A DNA stretch of 64,000 nt from an uncultured Verrucomicrobiae bacterium. Lineage in GTDB: Bacteria > Verrucomicrobiota > Verrucomicrobiia > Palsa-1439. The translations under genes and the position numbers were made by a program. The notes beneath the pieces were generated by a model. It worked only from the letters and a program-made list of their open reading frames with translations. It did not search any database and was not told where the DNA came from. The stretch is taken from the NCBI GenBank assembly GCA_963812605.1, contig CAWEWF010000006.1, positions 384,001 through 448,000 on the forward strand. The letters are read 5' to 3'. Shown in pieces: positions 1 to 11,140 of this stretch (position 1 is the first letter of the stretch; the number at the start of each line of letters is the position of its first letter).

Positions 1-59
1 AGGGAGCAAGCATCTTTCGGTAGTGGGGTGCCAATCAACCCCGTGCCGCTTCGCCACTC

Positions 60-596
60 GTGAAAATGACGATTCGATTTTTAGATTCTGGCGATCTCAC
101 GGCCTACAGGGCCTTGCGCCTGGCCGCCCTTCAGGAGTCCCCGACGGCATTCGGTTCCAGTTACGCTGAGGAGACGGAGCTACCTCTGACGGAATTCGCC
201 GCCAGACTGCGGCCACCGAACAAGCCCGACAATGGCGTCCTTGGCGCGTTTGTTGATGATGGCCGGCTGGTTGGGGTATTGGGTTTCGCCAGAGAGAGCG
301 GAGTGAAGCGGGCGCATATCGCATCGATCTGGGGCATGTATGTTTCGCCCGAGTTCCGCGGCCAGGGGTTTGGAGCGGCTCTGGTTGATGAAGCCATCGC
401 CCACGCGCGAAGGTTGGGTACCGTTCGACAAATCACCCTCACCGTCACCGCAAACAACACGGCCGCAGTTTCACTTTATCGTTCACGCGGGTTTGAGCTT
501 TTCGGCACGGAATGCGATGCCCTTTGCGTTGACGGCAAATACTTCGATGAGCAACACCTGGCGCTCGTCATTGAAAAGCAGAAGACGGAGAGGTGA
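60..596 (+). CDS. GNAT-family N-acetyltransferase
   Basis: 178 aa; acetyl-CoA motif A (MYVSPEFRGQGFG) and motif B (NTAAVSLYRSRGF); LRLAALQESPTAF N-terminus typical of this GNAT subgroup. Confidence 0.9.
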   Translation: MKMTIRFLDSGDLTAYRALRLAALQESPTAFGSSYAEETELPLTEFAARLRPPNKPDNGVLGAFVDDGRLVGVLGFARESGVKRAHIASIWGMYVSPEFRGQGFGAALVDEAIAHARRLGTVRQITLTVTANNTAAVSLYRSRGFELFGTECDALCVDGKYFDEQHLALVIEKQKTER

Positions 597-739
597 GTCT
601 GATTCCCGACTCGCACCGACTGTTAAGAGTGAAGCGTTGAGCCATTGAATTGACCCCTTTGAACGGGCTGTCTTCCCCCGCCGGTGAGGCTTCCGTCAGC
701 ACAAGGAAGGAACATACCGATCAGAACGCTTTCGGAGAC

Positions 740-2513
740 CTACTCATCAGCCTCAAGATCATTTAAGGCCGCAACAAACATTCGGAGTCGGGTATGGGCT
801 TGAATACGGTACCGATTTTTGCCCGACGACCAGAATTGCCTAAAGGGAGCATAGAGACTGCGGCTGCTTGAAGAATGTTTGCCTATCCATGGCCTCCTCT
901 CCGCGACCGCGCTCCCGCCGGTAAAACAGCAGCGCCGCCTTAAATGCCGCACGGATGGCTTTTTCCAGGTGTCCAAGCGCCTTCTGACCGTCGTCCCAGG
1001 CATTTTCGCAAGCATATCGGAACTTCCGTTCCGCTTGTCCCCCGATTTCATTCGACAAGTTCTCCCAGAGGAAATGCAAAACGAGCCATTTCGCGTACGC
1101 AAGCTGGCGCTTGCCACGACTTACGCCAACAACTTGCTTCATCAACCAATAGCGTCCTAGATAAAATGATATTGAACGCGAGCGGAACACCTTCTTGTAA
1201 TAGGGGTCTTCAAAGAGGATTTCTTTCCCTTTAAGAGCTACTGATGGTTCGTATTCACAAGCGGCTACAGCTTGCGCAAGCTGCTCCTTCTTAATCTGGA
1301 TGCCAAGACTACCGCCCATCATCGCTCGAATCTCAGATTTGGTTTGCCGTTTTCGAATATACTGATAGCCGCGCTTCCTGAGTTCTCGTTCGAGAAAAAC
1401 TTGGATGGCATCATTTGAGACGAGATCGGATGGTGTAATCTCGTTCTGCCAGTTCGTCGATCTAACAATCGAACTTACCAAATCGTCGTACTTGTCATCG
1501 TCATTTGGCGATCTGGTGATCTTAATTACCTTCACCAGAACAGTAGCGTGATCGGACGAGGATTTATGCAATGTTCTTGTGGTCTGTTGACCATTTATTA
1601 CTTGAGGACGTTCCACCGTGAGAACGTCCTCGCGGCCTTGCGTCTCCCGTTTCGCGCCTTCACACACGATGGTCACTCCATTATTGAAGTACCAGAAATT
1701 CTCCGGGTGCTTCTGAACCGTCGCAGTCATTGCATCGTTGATTTCATTGGTGCGTCCCAGATAGCCTCTGATATTGCGCGCGAATAGCCTTACTCCGGCT
1801 CTCGTGAACATATCGCCCACGTCGGGCGAGGACATAGAGAACACCCAAGAGTCGATCCCCATCACTGGGTCATAACGATGAATCAATCGATCCGTGCCGG
1901 AAGAATCCCCAGGATCGATAGGGAGAATCAGTTCGGGAACGGCGGGGGCATTGCCCAAAAGGTAGTTCCGGTAAATGGTCATCACTTGATGCCCATCAAA
2001 AACGGCAATCTTGGCAGGGCCTTCCGCTTGATTGACGACCTCGATTGCCTCCCTGAGCTTCGTGTCGCTACACCTTCCCGTGGTAACAAAATACAACCGG
2101 AGTGCATAGCTGTTGTCTCTAGCGTGATGGACCAACATCTCGAACTTCTCACGAACTGAATCTCCAAGCTTGTTGTAGTATGCATCCAGAAACGCTTTAG
2201 GACGCCATGGGTAATTGGCGAGGTCGGCGAAAGCTAGTACGTCATTTCGTAATTCAGGATGTTCAGCGAGAGAATGACGGAATTTACCTTGGATGAGATG
2301 CACCTGTTTGGCTCGCTCATCAATTAGAATTGCGTCAGCGTTCTTGTCGCCCGTCTCACCCGTGAGAGCTTTTGCTGTCGCTTCTTCGGAGTCATCGAGG
2401 TACGCGTGCATGAACCAGAGCACAAATGCTGAATCATCTTTCAGGACAGGATTGGCCTTGCGGTATTGTTTGACCTCATCTTTAAGGTCGATGAATGAGA
2501 CTTTCAGCTTCAT
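740..2513 (-). CDS. AIPR-family (abortive infection phage resistance) protein; frameshift near 860 extends the C-terminus to 740
   Basis: Motifs LFARNIRGYLG, FWYFNNGVTIVC, VINGQQTT, STNWQNEI; N-terminal D..D...QGK nuclease-like segment; the 740..1117 frame supplies a plausible tail (SLYAPFRQFW...DLEADE). Confidence 0.85.
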
Positions 2514-2663
2514 TGAGATTCCTTGCGCTTATGACTGTTCACTTCACCACTCGATTCCTTCTCACCTTGTGGATCAAGCTGGCGAAGTGTAGCGGCCGTG
2601 AGATGCTTCGGCAAGCTCCACGATTGACTTGAACGGCGGAAAGCCCCGAAATACTTTGCGGTA

Positions 2664-3120
2664 AACAGGCAGCTCGCCCTACCATCGGATTGGAGACGGA
2701 GGGAATGCGGAGCCGAACGCAGGCTGAAGCCTGCGACTACGCGACAATACCGGACGGCAGCATCATTCACTTTGGTCTGGACATCGAATTTCGATAATTG
2801 TATAATGCGGGCATGTTCGCTGATCGTGAGAATACGAGAGTGAGTTGCAACGAACCCCACCCTTCTGCTTTGATCCATCCATGAAAGACAAAACGACGGC
2901 AGGCGGAGCGTTGCGACCACGGCACGACGAGGTCGCGTTTCGTCCGACTCAGCTTGCCCTACAAGCCAGACCAGCGCGACGGCACGCGAGCCGCGTGCCC
3001 CGATCTCGAAATCGGGGCAGGCCCTACAAGGCGGATCGGCGAATGGCAAAGCTGCGACAAGTCGCAGCACTCCAAAGAACAGACGGCGGACAATGGAACC
3101 GCGCTCACCGCGCGGCTACA
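2664..3120 (-). repeat. Cluster of about six co-oriented GTAG/GGAG-type REP-like palindromes
   Basis: Hairpins or hairpin remnants followed on + by CTAC/CTCC at 2679, 2737, 2959, 3024, 3070, 3116 (e.g. cgcaggctgaagcctgcgactac, gctgcgacaagtcgcagcactcc). Confidence 0.7.
2778..2818 (+). promoter_or_regulatory. Sigma-70-type promoter, copy 1 of a repeated module
   Basis: TGGACA-17 nt-TATAAT with palindrome ATCGAATTTCGAT in the spacer; 36/41 identical to 10978-11018 on the minus strand. Confidence 0.7.
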
Positions 3121-3155
3121 GGGGAGAAGAGGGTCAAAAAACATGCGTTTCTGCG

Positions 3156-3254
3156 AAACGAACCGGATTCAATTGAGCGTGAAAACAGGCGATAACCGAC
3201 TGTGGTGGAATTGGATGCGAAGCCGGAGAGTGAGAATTCCAATCCGGTTCGTTT
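3156..3254. repeat. 14-bp perfect inverted repeat element
   Basis: aaacgaaccggatt (3156-3169) and aatccggttcgttt (3241-3254). Confidence 0.7.
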
Positions 3255-3274
3255 GGGACGAGCAGACCAGTAGT

Positions 3275-4595
3275 TCAGCCCGACTTTTTGAGCGCTTTCT
3301 CGATCAGTTCGACGCAGCGGGTAGTGGCTCCGACGTTGGATTGGATGACGCGGTGGGCGGCGGCGACGATGGCCTGGCGGCGGTCGGGGTTTTCCAGAAG
3401 TTCCTGCAGGGCGTGACGCAGGGCGTCGGCATCGGGCACTTGAACACACGCGCCTTCGGTGACGAACTGGCGGGCGATGGCGCGGAAATTCTGCATGTTG
3501 GGCCCGAAAATGACGGGATGACCACTGGCGGCGGCTTCGACGATGTTCTGGCCGCCCTGCCCCACCAGGCTTTTGCCGACGAAGATGACGGTCGCGACCT
3601 TGTAAAACCATTTCAGTTCGCCCGTGGTATTGACGATGAGACAATCGTACGGCTTGGCGGTCTGTTCGAGGTGCGAGTTGATCTCAGAGCGGAGCACAAA
3701 CTTGATCTGCCGGCGCCGGGCCAGATCCACGACCTCGCGCGTCCGCTCGACGTGCCGCGGGACGACGATGAGAAACAGGCGCGGAAATTTCCGGCGCAGA
3801 TCGGTGAAGACATCGAAGAGGATTTGTTCCTCCCCCGGATGGGTGCTGCCCGGCAACCAGGATCGGTTGCGCGGGCGAGATGCTGATCTGCTTGAGCAAC
3901 TGGACGGGATCGACTTTCTGCACGTCGGCGTAGGGCATGGAGACGTCATACTTCAGGTTGCCCGTCATGTGGACGCGGTCGCGCGGCACGCCGATGGCCG
4001 CAAAGTTGGCGGCGTCCTCCGGGCTCTGCGCGCAGACGAGCGAGAGCTTGTTGAAAACCTGACGGGAGAGCCAGCCCAGCCGTTCGTAACCCCGCACCGA
4101 ACGGGGAGACATGCGACCGTTCACGAGAAACAAGGGCACGCTACGGCGCACGGCCATCCAGATGTGGTTCGGCCACAATTCGGACTCCATGAGGACAATG
4201 AAGTCGGGCTGGATCAAATCGTAGGCGCGGCGGACGGACCCGGGGAAATCCTGCGGGAAGTAGAGCAACTCGACTTCCTGCGGCAGGCGTTCGTAGGCGA
4301 GCGCGTACCCCGTCGAGGTGGTGGTGGTCACGACGATGAGCAGGTCGGGAAACTTGCGCTGCAACACGCCGATGAACAGGAGCGCAACATTGACCTCGCC
4401 AACGCTTACCGCCTGGATCCAGCAGCGCGGCTCCTTCTTGGGGACAAGCCGCTCCCGCAAATCCTGGGAGTAACAACCAAAGCGTTGCCAGAAGTTCTCC
4501 CGATACTTGCCGCGTTTCCACATCTTGTAGAGGAAGAGCGGGCTCAAGAGCGCGAAGCCCAACGAGTACATTATTGTGTACAGAAGCCGGATCAC
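3275..4595 (-). CDS. waaA: 3-deoxy-D-manno-octulosonic acid (Kdo) transferase; frameshift near 3845
   Basis: WIQAVSVGEV, VTTTTSTG, MESELWPN, TGNLKYD in one frame; GSTHPGEE, VPRHVER, TTGELKWFY, GGQNIVEAA, FGPNMQNF in the next. Confidence 0.93.
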
Positions 4596-4756
4596 GGGGC
4601 GACAATAGCGAAATCGTCGCACGGTTGCAAACGCGATATTCCCGCCAAACTCAGCTTCAATCCCCGCCGGCTCGCCCCGCGGACAAAATGGCGCTGTTTT
4701 AGGCGCTTTGGAGGGGGACAAACCGCCGAACTGGCCGAAATCAACACGTTTTCGGT

Positions 4757-4773
4757 GTGGCACACGAGTTGCG
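4757..4773 (+). promoter_or_regulatory. Sigma-54 -24/-12 promoter upstream of the PAS kinase
   Basis: TGGCACACGAGTTGC; GG (4759-60) and GC (4771-72) are 10 nt apart. Confidence 0.65.
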
Positions 4774-4787
4774 GAATAAACAGGGTG

Positions 4788-7700
4788 ATGAATAGTGCTC
4801 GCACCCATACGCTCGAGCTGATGGGTGATGGTGTTCGCCAGACCGAGGCGCATTTTCGATCCCTGATCGAAAACGCCTCTGACATCATCACCATCCTGGA
4901 GGCGGACGGCAGTATCCGTTACGAGAGCCCGTCCCTCGAGCGCATCCTCGGCTACAAGCCCGAGGAATTGGTCGGGCGCAATGCTTTTGAGCTTATCCAT
5001 CCTGACGACGTGGCCCGAATCCAGAAAATATTTACGGAAGGGCTGACGCGACCCGGACGTATCGAATCCGGGGAATATCGATTCCGGCATAAAGACGGTT
5101 CCTGGCGAGTTCTGGAAGGGATCGGCAAGAATCTCCTTGAGGACCCCGCGATTCGCGGCGTCATCGTCAACTCCCGCGATATCACGGAGCGCAAACGGAT
5201 GGATGAAGCGTTGCGCAAGATCCAGCAACAGCAACGCGCGCTCCTCGACAACATTCCCGACATGGCCTGGGTCAAGGACAAGCAAAGCCGCTTCATCGCT
5301 GCCAATGAAGCGTTCGCCAGGGTCTTTGGCCACACCCCCGAGGAAATGGTCGGCAAAACCGATTTCGATTTCGTACCCCGCGAACTGGCGGAACGTTATC
5401 TCGCTGACGACAAACAAGTCATGGAGTTGCGTCAGCGGCGACGCATCGAAGAGCCTTTTGTGGATGCCGCGGGGAACCGCACCTGGATCGAAACCATCAA
5501 GTCCGCGTTCCTGAACGACCAGGGAGAGGTTGCCGGGACAACCGGCGTCGCCCGCGACATCACCGAACGCAAGAAAATGGACCTCGCGCTGCGCACCAGT
5601 GAAGAGCAATACCGGACACTGTTCGAGGCGATGCGGGAGGGATTCGCCCTGTGCGAGATCATCTGGGATGAAAACGGCAAACCTTGCGATTACCGTTACC
5701 TGGAGGTCAATCCGGCATTCGAAAAGATCCTGGGCGTCACGCGCAGCCAGGCAATCGGCCGGACCGAACGTGAAGTCTTCCCGCAAGTGGAGGATTATTG
5801 GATCGATACCTACGGCAAGGTCGCCCTCACCAGCCAGCCCGCCCGGTTCGAGAATTATTCGCGGTCCGTGGACAAACACTTCCAGGTGGCGGCCTTCAGT
5901 CCGAAGCGCGGCCAGTTTGCGACGATCTTCTCGGACGTGACCGAACGCAAGCGGACGGAAGAGCGCCTTCGCCTCCAAAGCACGGCCCTGGAAGCCGCCG
6001 CCAACGGCATCGTGCTCACCGACAGCAAGGGGACAATCCTCTGGGTCAATCCGGCCTTTACGAAGTTGACCGGTTATAGCGCCGCCGAAGCCATCGGGCA
6101 AAACACGCGGCTCCTCAAATCGGGCAAGCACGACGAGACCTTTTATCGCAACCTCTGGCAGACGGTGAATTCCGGCAACGTCTGGCAGGGCGACATGATC
6201 AATCGCCGCAAAGACGGCAGTCTCTACGACGAAGAGATGACGATCACGCCGGTGTGCGACGAGCGCGGTGAGGTCACCTACTTCATCGCGATGAAGCAGG
6301 ACATCACGGACCGCAAAAAGGCGGAAACGTCGCTGCGCGAGAGTGAAGAATTATTCCGCTCGCTGAGCGTTTCCTCACCGCTGGGCATCTTTCTCACCGA
6401 CGTCCATGGCCGGTTGACCTACGCCAATCCCCGCTGCCGTGAACTCTGCGGTTTCACGCTGATGGAGAGCCAGAACGACGGGTGGACGCAATTCATCCAT
6501 GTCGACGATCGCGAATGGGTCACCCGGAAATGGCAGGCGTTTATTGCCGAAGGGATCGATTATTCCTGTGAGTATCGTGTCAGCCATCGGAACGGCAACG
6601 TCGTGTGCGTGCATGTGCGTGCCGCCCGAATGCAGTCGGAGCACGGTGAATCGACGGGCTTCGTCGGCACGATCGAGGACGTTACGGTCCGCAAACAGTC
6701 GGAAGACGAGCTCCGGGAAAGCAAACAGCAATTGGAGCACGCGCTCGAAGAGTTGCAGGCGGCGCAGGAGCAGGTCATCCAGCAAGAGCGTCTGCGGGCG
6801 CTGGGCGCCATGGCCAGCGGCATTGCCCACGATTTCAACAACGCGCTGGCCGCCATTCTCGGCTTCACCGAACTCCTGATTTATCGCCCCGAAAACATTG
6901 CCAATACGGAAAAGACCCTGCGGTACCTGCAGATGATGAATACCGCGGCGAAGGACGCGGGCAACGTCGTCAACCGTCTTCGCGAGTTCTACCGCCAGCG
7001 CGAAGAAGGCGAAGTCTTCGTCCCGGTGGATCTCAACCATCTCATGGAAGAAGCCGTCTCGCTCACGCAACCGAAATGGAAGAACCAGTCCGAGGCCAAA
7101 GGCATTGCCATCCAGATGGCGACCGAATTGGGCAAGGTCCCGCCGGTGATTGGCAACGCCGCGGACCTTCGCGAAGTCCTCACCAACCTCATTTTCAATG
7201 CCGTTGACGCCATGCCACAGGGCGGGACGATCACGCTACGGACCCGGTCCGACAACGCGCGCATCATCCTCGAGGTCGCCGACACCGGGACAGGCATGAC
7301 CGAGGAGGTGCGCAGCCGTTGTCTCGAACCGTTCTTTACCACCAAGGGTGAACGCGGCACGGGCCTTGGGTTGTCCATGGTTTACGGCATTCTCCAGCGT
7401 CACCAGGGAGTTATCGATATCCAATCGAAGCCCGGGCAAGGTACCAAATTCATTCTTTCCCTGCCTGTGGGCGTCGAATCACAAGCGCCCGCGAAAACTG
7501 ACTCCGACCCCTGCGTACTCCGTCCGTTGCGCGTGCTATTGGTCGATGATGAAGAGCTGGTGCGGCGGATTCTCAATGAGTTCTTGCTGGGCGACGAGCA
7601 CATCGTGGAGACCGCTGCCAACGGACGCGAAGCGCTCGACAAATTCCAGCGCGGCGAGTTCGATGTCGTGATTCTTGACCGCGCGATGCCGGATATGAGC

Positions 7701-7916
7701 GGCGATCAAGTCGCCCAATCCATCAAGAAGCTCCGGCCGGCAACGCCGATCATCCTCCTCACCGGCTTCGGTTCCATGATGCAGGCCGCCGGCGAACAAC
7801 CTTCCGGCGTGGACCTCGTTGTCGGCAAGCCGGTCACCATCCTCGGCTTGCGCGAGGCTGTGGCGAAGGTGGTGGCGAAGTATTCTCCCACCAAGACTGT
7901 CGCGCTCAAGGCGTGA
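4788..7916 (+). CDS. Soluble hybrid sensor histidine kinase: 5 PAS/PAC + HisKA + HATPase + receiver
   Basis: Five PAS repeats ending in D(I/V)T(E/D/V)RK; H-box AHDFNN; NAVDAM, DTGTGM, PFFTTK, GTGLGL; receiver VLLVDD. The upstream part of the 1430-aa ORF is antisense to waaA, so the start is approximate. Confidence 0.92.
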   Translation: MNSARTHTLELMGDGVRQTEAHFRSLIENASDIITILEADGSIRYESPSLERILGYKPEELVGRNAFELIHPDDVARIQKIFTEGLTRPGRIESGEYRFRHKDGSWRVLEGIGKNLLEDPAIRGVIVNSRDITERKRMDEALRKIQQQQRALLDNIPDMAWVKDKQSRFIAANEAFARVFGHTPEEMVGKTDFDFVPRELAERYLADDKQVMELRQRRRIEEPFVDAAGNRTWIETIKSAFLNDQGEVAGTTGVARDITERKKMDLALRTSEEQYRTLFEAMREGFALCEIIWDENGKPCDYRYLEVNPAFEKILGVTRSQAIGRTEREVFPQVEDYWIDTYGKVALTSQPARFENYSRSVDKHFQVAAFSPKRGQFATIFSDVTERKRTEERLRLQSTALEAAANGIVLTDSKGTILWVNPAFTKLTGYSAAEAIGQNTRLLKSGKHDETFYRNLWQTVNSGNVWQGDMINRRKDGSLYDEEMTITPVCDERGEVTYFIAMKQDITDRKKAETSLRESEELFRSLSVSSPLGIFLTDVHGRLTYANPRCRELCGFTLMESQNDGWTQFIHVDDREWVTRKWQAFIAEGIDYSCEYRVSHRNGNVVCVHVRAARMQSEHGESTGFVGTIEDVTVRKQSEDELRESKQQLEHALEELQAAQEQVIQQERLRALGAMASGIAHDFNNALAAILGFTELLIYRPENIANTEKTLRYLQMMNTAAKDAGNVVNRLREFYRQREEGEVFVPVDLNHLMEEAVSLTQPKWKNQSEAKGIAIQMATELGKVPPVIGNAADLREVLTNLIFNAVDAMPQGGTITLRTRSDNARIILEVADTGTGMTEEVRSRCLEPFFTTKGERGTGLGLSMVYGILQRHQGVIDIQSKPGQGTKFILSLPVGVESQAPAKTDSDPCVLRPLRVLLVDDEELVRRILNEFLLGDEHIVETAANGREALDKFQRGEFDVVILDRAMPDMSGDQVAQSIKKLRPATPIILLTGFGSMMQAAGEQPSGVDLVVGKPVTILGLREAVAKVVAKYSPTKTVALKA

Positions 7917-7949
7917 AGGTTTCAGTCCTTCTTTCCCGCCAAACTGTTT

Positions 7950-8402
7950 TCATGTCCCGGAAGCGCGCTCGCGCAGGTCCCGAACGGCGAGGATGTACTG
8001 ATTCAGGCGCTCTACATGGTCGGTGACGTGAATCGTCTTGAACATCGCTCGAACGCGAATCAACAGTTCCTCCATCGCGAACGGTTTACCCAAAAAATCA
8101 TCAGCTCCCGCTTCCATGCATTCTTCGAGGCGTCCCGTTGCGGTCAGGGAGGTAATAACGATGACCGGGATCCTGCGCGTTTCTTTGCCAGCCCGAATCG
8201 CCTTGCAGAATGTCAGCCCATTCAGTTTGGGCATGTTAATATCCAGCAGGATTAAATCCGGCATTAATGACAGCGTCTTCTGGACCGCATCCTTGCCGTC
8301 GACCGCTGTATAGACCAGCGTATTCTCAAGCACGAGAATGCTCTCCAATACCTCCCGCATCCCCGGATCGTCGTCGACCACCAGGACTTTTCGTTCGTTC
8401 AA
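7950..8402 (-). CDS. Response regulator receiver protein
   Basis: VLVVDDD, LILLDINMPKLNG, GADDFLGKPF. Confidence 0.9.
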   Translation of the reverse strand: MNERKVLVVDDDPGMREVLESILVLENTLVYTAVDGKDAVQKTLSLMPDLILLDINMPKLNGLTFCKAIRAGKETRRIPVIVITSLTATGRLEECMEAGADDFLGKPFAMEELLIRVRAMFKTIHVTDHVERLNQYILAVRDLRERASGT

Positions 8403-8620
8403 GCGAATCCCCGCGCTGTTCGGCGCTTATATCGCGTTCCAGTCCCTGACACAAGGTTTTCGATAACCCGGCTGGACATTTTGGGCGCTTTTTGCTTTAA
8501 TTGGGCCGCTTTGGAGAAGCGAGAGTAAGCGTCGCGTTTGCGTTTCCATCCGCGTATCCCTCCAGAATCGCAGGACATGCTGACGCATAACGCACGCAAC
8601 TTGATCATAGGAGCAATCGT

Positions 8621-10909
8621 ATGAAGAAGTGTCGTATTCTGGTTTTAATCGCACTGCTGACATTGTGCGCTTCCCTGTCGCGGGCGAACGTGAATTGCAA
8701 TGGAAACGGTAACACCAGCTTTGGCGGCGCCGTGGGTACAGGCGTGCTGAGCTTGTCGGATGACGGAACGAACGTATACGGGACATTCACGCTGGGTTCC
8801 GGCACGTTTAACGATTGCCTCGTGATTTATATCCAGGCGGGCGCAAGTTCGGGGATTTCCAGTACGGCGGGTTTCAACGACACGGGCGACGGCTCGCGCA
8901 AGGCGATTTCCGGCTTCAATGGCACGACCAACAGCGTATTGACGTTCGCTCCGGGTTTCTCGCCGAACTACGCCATCGCGCTCGGGCCGACGGACAACAA
9001 CTTTGGCGGCCTGTGGTTTTTGGTCAACGGAGGAACTTTTCCGTTCGTGGATACCGTGAACCTGTCGCCGCTGAACAACTCCGGCCCCGTCTATGCCTTT
9101 TCCTTTCCCGCCTCGGATATCGGGCTGACGCCCGGCGTGAGCGGCAGCTTCAAATTGTTCGGGACGTACATTTCCAACACCGGTTACCGCTCGGGCGAAG
9201 CCGTTGCCGGCAACCTGACCGGCACGCCGGGCTGGCAACCGTTCACGCAAACCTCGTTCACCAACTATAATTTCGCCTCCGGCGTGCGTGTCACCTACCC
9301 GGTGACATTTCAAGTGGATATGTCGGTCCAAATCACCAATGGCACTTTCAACCCCTTTGAGGGCGACGTGGTCGAGGCCCGCGGCACGTTCCAGTCTCCC
9401 ATTCAGTGGACCGGTGGATTTATACTGACCAACAATCCAAGTTCCATCCATCCCAATATCTACTCGGGAACCTATCAGGATGGCAGCCCCACCGGAACGC
9501 CCGAGCAGGTTAAGTTTGCCATTGCGCCCTTTGGAGATGACACGAGTGCCGTCTTCGAGTCCAGCGACAACCGCCCGTTTACGCTGCAAGCAGGAAATCA
9601 AACATTGCCGCTCGTCTACTACAGCGACCTCACGCCCAGCTCGGCGGTTCCCACCAGCCCCATCACTTTCCGGGTGGATATGTCCGCGCAAATTCGTGCC
9701 GGCCTTTTCAATCCGCAGAACGGCGACACCGTCGAGGTCCAGGGTACTTTCCAGACCCCGACGCAGTGGGTCGATTTCTATACGTTGACCAATAATCCCA
9801 GTTCGGTCAATCCGAACCTTTACAGCGGTACGTTCAGCGATGCGAATTACCCGGGGACCTGGGAACAATACAAGTTTGTCATTCTTAATGGCGGGCCCAC
9901 CGTTTACGAAACCATCAACAACCGTGATTTCACGACGCCGGCGAGCGCCCAGGTATTCCCATCGGTCTATTTCAATAACGGCAGTAATACCGTGGTCTTT
10001 CAGGTGGATATGTCCGTCGAGATTCAGGATGGCAACTTCAACTCGTTGTCTCCCCAGTTCGATTATGTGGAAGCCCGGGGCACATTCAACGGCTGGAGCG
10101 CGGGATTCCTGCTGACCAATAATCCGAGCTCGGCCAGTTCCAACATTTACAGCGGCATCGCCGTCGTTGGTGATCCGATTGGAGCGGTGGAGCAGTATAA
10201 ATTCGTGGTCGACGGCGGCACAGGTTTGGGCTGGGAACAACCCGTCAGCACCGCCGGCGGGAATCGCTTGTTCACGTTGACGAGCACCAACCAAACCCTC
10301 CCCGCCGTTCTCTTCAGCGACCTCGCCGCCAGCGACCTTCTCTCCACTGATACCTGGGTGACCTTCAGCGTCAATATGACGAATGCGGTGGGCACGGATG
10401 CCACGGTATTTAATCCGGCAACGCACAGCGTTTACATCAACGGGGATTTCCTGGGCTGGTGGACATGGGGGACGCAGCCAGTCGCAATACCAATATGACC
10501 AATAGTCCGCCCGGCAGCTCGATTTATGTAGTCAGCGCTGTTGGTTCCCAAGGGAAATCTCCTGAAGCTGACTTACAAGTATGGCATTGACGGCTTCGAT
10601 GATGAAGCCGGATTTGGACAGGATCACGTCCGTTACGTCCGGAAGGTTGGCAACTATGCCATGCCTCTCGATGTGTTTGGTTCGCAGCTCGTGGAGTTGC
10701 CGTTCGGGAACATGAACATCCATCAGATACCGGGCGGTTTGGTCTCGCTCACCTGGCTGACCTTGCCGGCCGTACACCTGCAAACGACCACCAATCTCGT
10801 CGGCAACCTCTGGCAGGATCACCTCGAAACCACAGGCCTGAGTTCGACCAACTGGCCCATCGGCAATAGCAAAAATCTGTTCTTCCGACTCATAAAGCCC
10901 GGAAATTAG
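8621..10909 (+). CDS. Secreted protein with four CBM20-like VTFxVDM repeats and a C-terminal FFRL domain; indels near 10480-10540
   Basis: Signal peptide and GGAG RBS; repeats VTFQVDMS/ITFRVDMS/VVFQVDMS/VTFSVNMT each with GTF..W and (Y/V)K(F/Y); continues in the 10541..10909 frame. Confidence 0.75.
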
Positions 10910-10977
10910 AATTGACGAACATCTGTGGTAGGAAGGTCACCCAACGGTTTGGCGTTCCAGATGGCGAACATGCCCGA

Positions 10978-11076
10978 GAACATGTCCGCACTATACAATT
11001 ATCGTAAATCGATGTCAAGCGGCCCGGACAAATAACTGCACCGGGTCTTTGTAGCCGCAGCCCTCAGCCTGCGTTC
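10978..11076 (-). repeat. Copy 2 of the REP + sigma-70 promoter module
   Basis: Minus strand gaacgcaggctgagggctgcggctac ... TTGACA-17-TATAGT-gcggac-ATGTTC, collinear with 2715-2818. Confidence 0.75.
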
Positions 11077-11140
11077 GCCTCACTGCTCCCCTTGAATAGT
11101 CGGGACGGATTTGAGAGTCCTAGGGTGGAGGAAGGACTCG

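Noticed and set aside
3624-4787. N-terminal ~390 aa of the 1430-aa ORF as part of the kinase
   Set aside because: It is largely the antisense shadow of waaA; the PAS domains begin after 4788 and a sigma-54 box lies at 4757
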